In this document: one piece after another, positions 49,755 to 57,932 of the stretch
Numbering within the stretch: the first letter of the stretch is position 1
Layout of the letters: every line of letters begins with the position of its first letter
IMG/VR virus record: IMGVR_UViG_3300018080_000160
Source: an uncultured virus (IMG/VR IMGVR_UViG_3300018080_000160)
Lineage: Duplodnaviria; Heunggongvirae; Uroviricota; Caudoviricetes
DNA: 64,000 nt
Direction: 5' to 3' (one strand)
Made by a program: the position numbers and the translations under genes
Notes under the pieces: generated by a model
Told to the model about the DNA's origin: nothing
What the model saw: only the letters and a program-made list of their open reading frames with translations
Database searches by the model: none

Positions 49755-49775
49755 CTAATTCTCACCTTAGATTTG

Positions 49776-49810
49776 CGCCCAAGGAAGGATTTGAGCCTTC
49801 TACTCGGACA
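49776..49810 (-). ncRNA. tRNA minihelix-like element (acceptor stem plus T arm)
   Basis: GTCCGAG-TA-GAAGG-CTCAAAT-CCTTC-CTTGGGC-G. Confidence 0.55.
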
Positions 49811-49842
49811 TAGTTAGATTTTGGTTAAAAAAAAGGGAGAGA

Positions 49843-50004
49843 TTAAAGTTTAGGGACATCTATTTCGGGGAAATTTTCGAGGAAAAGATCCCGAATTTCC
49901 TTCACTTTCCACCCAATCTTTTCATCCTCTTGGGTGTATTTGACCAATAGGGCTATGGCATTGCCCATAATGGTCGTAGCTCGTTGTATTCCTTCTATAT
50001 TCAT
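49843..50004 (-). CDS. micro-protein (53 aa)
   Basis: ATGA overlap; MNIEGIQRATTIMG...VPKL*. Confidence 0.55.
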   Translation of the reverse strand: MNIEGIQRATTIMGNAIALLVKYTQEDEKIGWKVKEIRDLFLENFPEIDVPKL

Positions 50005-50156
50005 TTTTCTTCATCTCTTTTTGTTTCTTTAGGTTTATTCTCGCTAAAAACCGTCGAAAAGGCTATCCATTGCCGGAATGAAGAGATTTGCTCGTTATCG
50101 CAAATCTCCTCAACCAGAAATGCGGGGAGATGGAAATTTTTGGTCGTTATTGGCAT
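50001..50156 (-). CDS. micro-protein (51 aa)
   Basis: AAGGAG SD; MPITTKNFHLPAF...DEEK*. Confidence 0.55.
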   Translation of the reverse strand: MPITTKNFHLPAFLVEEICDNEQISSFRQWIAFSTVFSENKPKETKRDEEK

Positions 50157-50311
50157 TTTGGTTTCTCCTTTGATAGATTTAGTTTTACTTCTTCTCGGAA
50201 GGGCCTAAGCCTTGCACGGAAAGGCGATATGCCAAATTCCTTAGTGCGCTTAGATTTGAAACCAAACTTGCTGAATCTAATACATACAACGAGAAAAAAG
50301 AAAAAAAAGAG

Positions 50312-50617
50312 TTAAAATGTAGTTTTACACTTGAAATAGTGTTTAAACGAATCCATGGGCATCAAAAATCTACCTTTGTGGCCCATTATCAATCCCCGTC
50401 TAACTATTGCGCGGGGAGGATTCGTATTAGGCTCTTTCAAGTGGAAAACGAGTATGGCTTTGTGGATATTACCGGAAAGCTGATCTGGTGTTTTCCCGAG
50501 ATTTGTAACTTGTCCGGTAAAAATATAGCAAGGTAGATCGGGTTTTCGCCCAATCCTCTTGCGGTATTCCCTCAGATCGTCGTGTAGTTTGAAGATCCCG
50601 TACATTGTGAAGCTCAT
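50312..50617 (-). CDS. hypothetical protein
   Basis: 101 aa, ATGA overlap with the vWA gene. Confidence 0.65.
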   Translation of the reverse strand: MSFTMYGIFKLHDDLREYRKRIGRKPDLPCYIFTGQVTNLGKTPDQLSGNIHKAILVFHLKEPNTNPPRAIVRRGLIMGHKGRFLMPMDSFKHYFKCKTTF

Positions 50618-52863
50618 TTCAAAGCTTCCGCCTTGTACCTATCAATAGCTCGCGCGATAAGCTTTTTCAGCTCATTAGTGACCCGATCTATCGACGTACT
50701 AACCTTCTCGTCTTTCCGGAAGAAGTTTCCGGTAAATCCGTTAAGGTCAAAGCCTTCAACCCCAACCAAATAGGGTTTTATAGGCTCACGTCGGAGATCA
50801 TTCATTATCGCACCAGATACTGTTGGATCTTGGTCTGCTGATTCCCCATCGGTTATTACGAAGAGCAGCCGGAGTTTCTCGGGACGTTTGCGCAGCTCGT
50901 TAACAACATGAGCCATAGCAGGCCACATAACGGTTCCACCAGATGTTAATCTGATAAAGGTATGGCGGAATGTATGGAAGGGTTCCTCAAAGCCTTTAAC
51001 CCGATAGAACAGATTCTCAAAGTTCCACATCCCAAATGGGATATTGGCTTTAGCAAGGGCACCTGCGATAACTCCGGCAAATTTCTCGCATGAATCTGTA
51101 TCCATGCTTCCGGAAACATCCGTTAACAACCCAACAGATAGATTTAATCTGCCGGATTTCGCCAATTGTTTCCCACTAAAGAGCTTGGTGGTGCTTGGGT
51201 TACTCTTGGCTTTCAACAGGCGTCGCATGTTGAGCTTTCCCGAGTTTTTTCTCCGGAGTCTTTCAGTCCCTTCACCAAGTTTTCTGTTGAAGAAATTCCC
51301 CAGATCCTCACTTTCTTTATCTATGTGAAGATCCCGTAGTCTTTGGCGCAATTCGGGGGAGTCTTCCCGTAATTGGGGAGTTCTACGCATGCTTCCCGAA
51401 CCAGAACCCGCACCCGCTCCCATAACTTGCCCTTTATTGCAGAGCTTCTTCAAATCTTGCTTAAGCTCTTGCAATTGGCCCTTGGTGAGTTTTTGGAGCA
51501 TCTCATTGTCACCAGCTTGTTCTTTCTGCTGGTTTATGAGCTTTCTTCTATTAATCCGCTTTACCTTGGGGGTTTTAGGCTTTCCATCCTTAGATTTGCC
51601 CCCTTTAGGCTTCCCGTCTTTGGGCTTTTTGGGATCTTTAGGATCTCCATTCCCTTTCCCGTTTTTGGGCTTTCCGGGGCCTTTGGGATCTTTACAATCT
51701 CCTTTAGGCTTCCCGTCTTTGGGCTTTCCGGGATGATCTTGCGGGTTACCGGGTTGATCTCCTTGATCTTGTGGGTTACCGGGTTGATCTCCTTGGGGGT
51801 TCCTTGGTGGTCCTGCTGGATCTCCCCCCTTAGGTGGGTCGGAAGGTGGATTCGACGGTCCTGATGGCCCCCTTGGGGGTTCCGGCTCAAGAGATTCCCC
51901 GGATTCGAGGAATTCTCTCAAGTAGGTCAAGCAATGTTCCGCATGCTCTACGATATCTGACATATTCGCGCCTTTCTTCATTAGATTTTTGCGCAAATAA
52001 TTTCCGGCATGGAGAATCTCCCGAATCGCTCGCTGGGAGAGCTGCTCTTCCAAAGGTTTGTCAAACATGATTCCTCCGGAGAGAGTCTGTTGTAACCAGC
52101 TCTCCCAGACCTTTTCCTCAAGATCGTCGATCTGGTCGATTTTTGGACGCTCAAGTAAATAACCTTTGTCCACGTCCTCGAACCGAGTAATGTAACCCGG
52201 CGAATCTTGATCTCCGAGGAAATTGGTTAATACATCGGATGCCAAATTCAATCCTAATGCAGCTTTCTCGGGGATCGTCGGGAATTTCCGCTGAATCTTA
52301 GCCATTTCTTCCAGATCAGCGGTTCCGTAAAGCACATGGTCTATCTCATGCTTGAAGATCCGTTCTATCCGATCTATGAGCAAACCGGGATTACTCCCGT
52401 AGATTCGTGCTTTTGTATCTACCGAGATCACGATTTGGTCGTTGTTGGTCGCCGAAAGCCCATTCCCGTTCTGGAATTTAACGGGAATCTTTGGGGCGTT
52501 ATACTTCTTCTTCCAAAATTCGAATAACTCAAGCACATCGAATTCTGGAAGTTTACGTTCCGCTAAACCGCCGTGTTTGGCGATTACGTCACGTACAATG
52601 TCCCAAGGGACGTTTCGGTATAATGCCTTCTTTGGCTTCTTCACCCATGTTGAATAGGGTTGAAGCAAAATCTCCTTCCGGCTCACGTTTCGTATTTCCA
52701 GCTCTTCCCATGGCCCTCTAAAATTCTGCGGCCTGCAAGCCGCATAGTCACCCACTTTGACCCGGAACATGAACCCGTCGTTACATTCGACGGATTTTAG
52801 TGGATCTCCGTAGGAATTCCTTGGAAGGCCCATAACAAGAGCTGAAAGCTCTTTTTTATTCAT
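50614..52863 (-). CDS. vWA-domain protein with HExxH metallopeptidase-like region and P/G/K-rich linker
   Basis: HEIDH; MIDAS DVSGS...GGT...ITDG; QGDQPGNPQD and KPKDGKPKG repeats. Confidence 0.9.
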   Translation of the reverse strand: MNKKELSALVMGLPRNSYGDPLKSVECNDGFMFRVKVGDYAACRPQNFRGPWEELEIRNVSRKEILLQPYSTWVKKPKKALYRNVPWDIVRDVIAKHGGLAERKLPEFDVLELFEFWKKKYNAPKIPVKFQNGNGLSATNNDQIVISVDTKARIYGSNPGLLIDRIERIFKHEIDHVLYGTADLEEMAKIQRKFPTIPEKAALGLNLASDVLTNFLGDQDSPGYITRFEDVDKGYLLERPKIDQIDDLEEKVWESWLQQTLSGGIMFDKPLEEQLSQRAIREILHAGNYLRKNLMKKGANMSDIVEHAEHCLTYLREFLESGESLEPEPPRGPSGPSNPPSDPPKGGDPAGPPRNPQGDQPGNPQDQGDQPGNPQDHPGKPKDGKPKGDCKDPKGPGKPKNGKGNGDPKDPKKPKDGKPKGGKSKDGKPKTPKVKRINRRKLINQQKEQAGDNEMLQKLTKGQLQELKQDLKKLCNKGQVMGAGAGSGSGSMRRTPQLREDSPELRQRLRDLHIDKESEDLGNFFNRKLGEGTERLRRKNSGKLNMRRLLKAKSNPSTTKLFSGKQLAKSGRLNLSVGLLTDVSGSMDTDSCEKFAGVIAGALAKANIPFGMWNFENLFYRVKGFEEPFHTFRHTFIRLTSGGTVMWPAMAHVVNELRKRPEKLRLLFVITDGESADQDPTVSGAIMNDLRREPIKPYLVGVEGFDLNGFTGNFFRKDEKVSTSIDRVTNELKKLIARAIDRYKAEALK

Positions 52864-52889
52864 AGCTTTCTTCTCCTTATTGGTTTTTT

Positions 52890-52955
52890 GCGTCTCATGG
52901 AGATTTAAACCCCATTAGCCACTTATCAGGCTTCTCCTTTGCGGAGTAGAGACGT
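52890..52955 (-). ncRNA. degenerate tRNA-like cloverleaf in the 5' leader of the vWA gene
   Basis: CGTCTC-TA-CTCC-GCAAA-GGAG-A-AGCC-TGATAAGT-GGCT-A-ATGGGG-TTTAAAT-CTCCAT-GAGACG-C. Confidence 0.65.
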
Positions 52956-53010
52956 TGGTTAAAAATAAGAGAGAAAAAGAGTTTTTGAATCCAAGAGCTA
53001 ATCTCGGATT

Positions 53011-53160
53011 CTAATGGCTAAAAGCCATATCTACATCATTCCTTTCTGCCAAAATGTTGTAGACTTCCTTGGCTTTCGCCCAATCGCTTTCATCTTGCGA
53101 AAGCTCAAAGGCCATAGCCATACCGATTAGATCGGCTGAATCTCTATCTTCATAGTTCAT
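53011..53160 (-). CDS. acidic micro-protein (49 aa)
   Basis: AAGGAG SD; MNYEDRDSADLIG...AFSH*. Confidence 0.6.
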   Translation of the reverse strand: MNYEDRDSADLIGMAMAFELSQDESDWAKAKEVYNILAERNDVDMAFSH

Positions 53161-53191
53161 TTTGCTTTTCTCCTTTGTTATTCACCCAAAT

Positions 53192-53236
53192 TTCGGGTTT
53201 GGTTTAGATTTGAACCCGAATCTCTATTGAAAGAGA
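53192..53236 (-). promoter_or_regulatory. structured intergenic element C
   Basis: TCTCT-TTCAAT-AGAGA then TTCGGGTT-CAAATCTAAACCA-AACCCGAA. Confidence 0.7.
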
Positions 53237-53263
53237 AAAAAGGAGAGAAAAAGACTTTGGTGC

Positions 53264-53482
53264 TTAGAAAACGATAGGATCTCGAAATTTTAGAGCATCT
53301 TGAACGTTACGTTCACATGCCCATGTAAAATCAGTATATTCATCCCACTTGATGAAAGTGGTCACGTACTGATTCGAGATGGTAAATCCATCCCGATTTA
53401 CAGTTACTTTCATCCCATCTCTAAGTTCAACGTACACTTCCCCAAATTCAATCTCTAGCTTGAAGTATTTTTTATTTTCCAT
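53264..53482 (-). CDS. small hypothetical protein
   Basis: Start MENKKY with GGGTGA SD. Confidence 0.6.
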   Translation of the reverse strand: MENKKYFKLEIEFGEVYVELRDGMKVTVNRDGFTISNQYVTTFIKWDEYTDFTWACERNVQDALKFRDPIVF

Positions 53483-53501
53483 AGTATTTTCACCCATATT
53501 A

Positions 53502-53545
53502 GGGCTTTGGTTTATGTGCTAAGCCCATTTCGGATTTGAACCGAA
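53502..53545 (-). promoter_or_regulatory. structured intergenic element D
   Basis: TTCGG-TTCAAAT-CCGAA then GGGCTT-AGCACATAAACCA-AAGCCC. Confidence 0.7.
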
Positions 53546-53581
53546 AAAATAAAAAGAAAAAAGGGTGTGTGAGCTTTAGGC

Positions 53582-55402
53582 TCACTTTTCGCTGATCTCG
53601 ATAAGGGGGGAGTTAATTACATCCCCATCCTCTTTTCGCTCGGAAATAACGAGCTGGTTAATTTCCTGCTCGTAACAATCAGGCGAGAAGAATCTCTCGA
53701 AAAATTCCTTTACATGTTTCGAGATTAGGGACATCTCCTCACTATCATGCTCGGATGTTCGATTCTGGGCAAACGTGGTGACGTTTTTGTCCACAAGGTC
53801 ACCCAATTTGAACTTCCATCTCTTACCGAGAATATCCCATGCGAGCTCGCCTAATTGACGCATGCACGGGATTGAAGCTTTGGTTGTGCTTTCCGGAAGC
53901 TTAGCCCATACTTCTCGGAAGGCTGAAGCCAAAGCCCACGCACCACGTTCACTGAATCCCAGCTCTCGGTTATTTCTGAGAGAGATTTTGAACTTGGCAC
54001 GTAGGTAGTCTGCGATCTGGTCCTGAGTCGGGATTGGGAAACGAATCCATCTCCAGCGAGTAGCGACCGAATCAGATGGATCTACACCAAGAGGTAGACC
54101 ATCCGGGTTAAGTGAAGAGAGAATTATCGCGGATTCGACGGGAGAAACCACTTTTCGGTTCCAAACTTCCGGTTTATACGTGCCTTCCATTAGTTCTTTA
54201 ACCGTTGGTTTCTCTTTCAACCAAAGGGTGAGCTCTTGGAAGATCGTATTAAGAGCCTTCAAACTATCGTCGATCTCCTTAATTTCCTCAATCTGCAAGA
54301 GAGTTAACCCTTGAGTCGCGGCTAAATGGACAAATTGGGCTATATCTCCCGCTAATTTGATGGTCGCATTGTTTCGGAAGCCGTCGCTCACCTGAAAGTC
54401 CATTGCTTCATCAGACCTTGAGGGAGCAATGGTAAAGGCGTCTTTCCCCGGAGTTAATCCCAGAATCTTCATTAACACTTCCCCAAGGAAAGATTTACCG
54501 GTTCCCGGCTCCCCGGCAAGCATTATGCATGCTGGGATGCCACGATTCATTCGTTCTGCAATGGCTTTGATTGTTTCTTTGCCCTTGCCCATGTAGTCTT
54601 TGAATCCGTACGACCAGAGGTCGGAAGTGAATTGAGCATCCAGAATTTCCGCTGAATCATATACAGCGGTAAACTCCTTCTCCGATTCGGCCACCATAAA
54701 GCATGCGTCGACGTATCTGTATGCTTCAAGGTAATTCCCGAGAGATAGCGATCTAAGGGTCGCCTGCAAGATCGGATTGTTAGTTTCATCCAATTGGGCG
54801 ATCTCTTCAATCTCCTCGATGGTTCCGGGGATGTCGCTTAATGCCTGCATAAGGGAATAATTTCCGTCTTTCATCTCTTCCCTTTTTTTGGCCTTTTTCT
54901 CCCGTTCCTCAGCTTCTTTCTCAAGGCGCAAAGCTTCCTCAGATTGGAAGTTTGCCCATTTCTGATTGATCTCCTCGAACTTCCTTTGTTTCTGGGCGAT
55001 TTGCTCCTTGGAAAGCTTCCCACCAAACTTCTCTTGGAGAGAAAGCATAGCCTTGGTGTATTCCTCAAGGCTTGTTATAGATAGCTCGTTAGTTTTCTCG
55101 GAATTAGGGCTTTCGGGTTCCTTGGTGGTCGTTTTCTCGGGATTGAGGAAATATACGGAAGATCCATGCTTTCCCTCTTTCAAGACCAATTCTTTGGCTC
55201 TAAGTCCGTTTAGGGCATTGGAGATGTTGTAATTCTCCACGTCAGCCCTATCGAACCCAGTTTTTCCCCAATGCTTGTCAAAATCGCGGATTTCGTCTTG
55301 AATATCCGCCCATGGTGATCTCGGATGAGATCGTAAAAAATCCATGGCGATTTTGGTAGCTACGTCTTTCAGGGATGGTTGTTTGTTGTTTGTATCTGCC
55401 AT
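53582..55402 (-). CDS. MoxR/dynein-like AAA+ ATPase with extended N-terminus
   Basis: MLAGEPGTGKS; Walker B LLQIEEI; SSLNP; TRW arginine finger; near the vWA gene. Confidence 0.85.
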   Translation of the reverse strand: MADTNNKQPSLKDVATKIAMDFLRSHPRSPWADIQDEIRDFDKHWGKTGFDRADVENYNISNALNGLRAKELVLKEGKHGSSVYFLNPEKTTTKEPESPNSEKTNELSITSLEEYTKAMLSLQEKFGGKLSKEQIAQKQRKFEEINQKWANFQSEEALRLEKEAEEREKKAKKREEMKDGNYSLMQALSDIPGTIEEIEEIAQLDETNNPILQATLRSLSLGNYLEAYRYVDACFMVAESEKEFTAVYDSAEILDAQFTSDLWSYGFKDYMGKGKETIKAIAERMNRGIPACIMLAGEPGTGKSFLGEVLMKILGLTPGKDAFTIAPSRSDEAMDFQVSDGFRNNATIKLAGDIAQFVHLAATQGLTLLQIEEIKEIDDSLKALNTIFQELTLWLKEKPTVKELMEGTYKPEVWNRKVVSPVESAIILSSLNPDGLPLGVDPSDSVATRWRWIRFPIPTQDQIADYLRAKFKISLRNNRELGFSERGAWALASAFREVWAKLPESTTKASIPCMRQLGELAWDILGKRWKFKLGDLVDKNVTTFAQNRTSEHDSEEMSLISKHVKEFFERFFSPDCYEQEINQLVISERKEDGDVINSPLIEISEK

Positions 55403-55510
55403 TTTTGTTCACCCGCTAACGGGGTTGATGGTTAGAGCATTATTTCTTTGCTCTTCTCTTCCCTTTCTCATTTGAGAAAGAAGAGAGAAGAAAAAAGAAA
55501 AAAGAAAATA

Positions 55511-55849
55511 TTACTGGTAGAGCCTTTTTAGAGCGATCTCCCACGCCTGCCCTTCTTCCCCGGCTCGCGGAGGAACATGCTTGGGCATATCAATCAGTTC
55601 CGAGCTTGGTTCATAATCCTCAACAATCTCAGTGAGATTGTCAATCATTTCAACAAGCTCCGGCTCGATATTGTGTAACCCATGCCCAGATTCTGCTTCA
55701 ACCAAAATCCGAGCGATCTCCAGCTCGTGGGAAGCCTCTAAGAGGGCTTCCAAGACGACCCGTCTTAGACGCAAGACGGGAGCATTCTCAATGGTACAAT
55801 TCTTCACTAACAGCTCATTAATGCTGTTTTCGTTGTTGTTTTCTGCCAT
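55511..55849 (-). CDS. acidic hypothetical protein, first gene of the accessory array
   Basis: 112 aa; shares GAACAAAAATGGCAGA start context with the AAA gene. Confidence 0.7.
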   Translation of the reverse strand: MAENNNENSINELLVKNCTIENAPVLRLRRVVLEALLEASHELEIARILVEAESGHGLHNIEPELVEMIDNLTEIVEDYEPSSELIDMPKHVPPRAGEEGQAWEIALKRLYQ

Positions 55850-55955
55850 TTTTGTTCAATCCTTGACAAATTCGATGGTAGGAGTTATCGGGAAGAATTT
55901 CCGAATTACAAAAACAGTATCTCCCCGTAAATCCTTAATTAACCAATTTTTTGAC

Positions 55956-55972
55956 ATATATATAAAGTTATC
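55956..55972 (-). promoter_or_regulatory. archaeal-type TATA promoter for the accessory array
   Basis: Minus-strand GATAACTTTATATATAT. Confidence 0.6.
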
Positions 55973-56889
55973 TATGGCCTTTTTGCTTGCCCATAGCGAA
56001 AGATTGGATGAATACTATAGTCAACAAAGAGGGATCTCAGCCCTATTCTCCCGAATTTCGTGAATCTTTCCCCAATTTAAACTGCATAGACGTGGAATTG
56101 AGGAAATAACACTTTTCGTCTATACAGCTTTCCATTAGATACAGCCTATTTCCATCCCAATATTCCCTTTCCGTGCATAACTGGAAGAGCAGCATAGATT
56201 TCTACGGAAAGTGACTAAAAATCTAATGGGAAAGCCTTCTAAAGTCCACCAAATCGAGATAAAAAATTCAAGGCGATAATTTCAGATCACAATGTGAAGA
56301 GAATCGAGTAAAATCTGTTTTTGTTATCAGTTTTCCCCAAATCTAATGTATCTCTCAGGACCAATACGCAGTATAAATACTGGTAGATTTGGGTTTTTGG
56401 GAGAGTTCTATGGTCAATTTCCTGTACCAAGATTTGTTAGTTTAGCCGGGGAAAGATTCTGGTTAAATTGACTAAAGCATTGCCGGGGATCTCGAATGAG
56501 CATTATGAATTCTATAGAATCAAGCATAGAATCTATAGATTCCCGGCTAAACTGAAATTTAGGTGATCTATAGTGAGATCATACCTTTTTGTCTTAGCAC
56601 AACCCGTTTAGACTTAGATTTGGGGGGTTTTGGGCGAGTTTGGTCAAATTGGTAGTAGATTTCCGGTATTTGGGCGAGAATCTAAGCGCAAAGTGGCTAA
56701 AAAGTGCCTAAAAATAAGATGTCGCTCCACAGGACCGGAAAAGTCCTTTTTGTGAGCCTAAACATTAGATTTGGAGATTTGGGAAAGTGGTATAATCGAC
56801 CATTAGATTCGGCAGAGCAGAACGGCGGCAGAAAAACCCGGTTTTTAGGCGAAGCTAATTTTCCCGCGCTGGGGACTTTCCAAAAAGTA

Positions 56890-57369
56890 AAACATCTTCG
56901 GAGCTCATTATTCTGCAGAATAGATTCATCAGTTATGCCTCCCGGCAAGCGTAGTTAATTTAATCTTTGTGTGCCGCACGGAAAAAATGAAACATCTTCG
57001 GAGCTCTCGTCTCGGTTTTTGGCAGACAGTTGCCCCAATAGGAGGTAAAAATCGATCTCTGTTATATGCCGTTTTTCGGCGAGATAGCAGACGACAAAAT
57101 CGAAACATCTTCGGAGCTATTTTTCTGAACATTGTTTTAATCTTTGAGCGTATCTATGTTCAGTTTGCACCAGTAAAGAATGGGCCAAATGAACATTGTT
57201 TAGGATGAAAGAAAAAAGAGATAGGAGCCAAAGAGTTAGCGAGGTTTGGGGGTGACCGAAACGGGCACGGGAGGGTATATACAAAGGAGAAACTTTGCAA
57301 AATGTGAAGGGGGGAGGTAGAAATAATCCCGCTTACACCCTGTCCAATCGACAAACATCTTCGGAGCTC
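56890..57369 (+). repeat. four direct repeats AAACATCTTCGGAGCT
   Basis: Copies at 56890, 56990, 57103, 57353; a 15-bp copy also at 61303. Confidence 0.9.
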
Positions 57370-57774
57370 CTAATATAGTTCCTCTATTGTTTCTAATTCC
57401 TCTTCATCGAGATAGAGGAAACTTAGGATTGGGTACTCCACACCGTCTATTTCCTCCGCTTGTTTCGTGCTAACAGCACGGAAAATTGATATATCATAAT
57501 CGCCCATATTAGACGCGGTAGCGACTTTTGAAACGATATTATTATCCAGATCGAATACTACAAGAGAAATCTTCTTCCCTCGTCGAGCTTCAAATATTCT
57601 ATCGTTCACGCGATTGAATTCCTCTATTTTCCAGATGTTTAAGTTTCGGATCTGCTCCGCAAAGTAATCGTCGTCTTGTTCTCTCAGGAAGTCAATGATC
57701 ATACGTTTGATGTCTTTAGAGCGGTAGAACCCAACGCCGGATGGATAACGCGCCCAGAATTGCACATTCGTCAT
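57370..57774 (-). CDS. hypothetical protein
   Basis: 134 aa, AAGGAG SD. Confidence 0.7.
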   Translation of the reverse strand: MTNVQFWARYPSGVGFYRSKDIKRMIIDFLREQDDDYFAEQIRNLNIWKIEEFNRVNDRIFEARRGKKISLVVFDLDNNIVSKVATASNMGDYDISIFRAVSTKQAEEIDGVEYPILSFLYLDEEELETIEELY

Positions 57775-57932
57775 TTCTGTATCTCCTTTACGATAATGTC
57801 AATAATAACATCAGCGATAGCGTCCCACTTGGCGTTCATTTTCATTCCGAGTTTCAGATAGTATTCGAGTTTCTCGGCGATGATTTTCTTACATTTTCTG
57901 ATTTTTTCTATAAACGCCTTAATCTTCCTCAT
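57771..57932 (-). CDS. small hypothetical protein (53 aa)
   Basis: Likely start MRKIK at 57932; longer version overlaps the ERCC4 gene. Confidence 0.5.
   Translation of the reverse strand: MRKIKAFIEKIRKCKKIIAEKLEYYLKLGMKMNAKWDAIADVIIDIIVKEIQK

Noticed and set aside
52920..52932. Hammerhead ribozyme core from CTGATAAG
   Set aside because: Does not match CUGANGA and there is no correctly placed GAAA; the cloverleaf explains it better.
48153..55972. Classical integron cassette array
   Set aside because: No tyrosine recombinase in the window and no consistent attC R-box/bulge pattern; kept only as an alternative hypothesis.
56893..56906. cUUCGg tetraloop hairpin within the 16-bp repeat
   Set aside because: Only a 2-bp stem can form.
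56890..57369. CRISPR array
   Set aside because: Repeats are only 16-17 bp with irregular 83-234 bp spacers and no cas genes are seen; kept as an unexplained repeat family.
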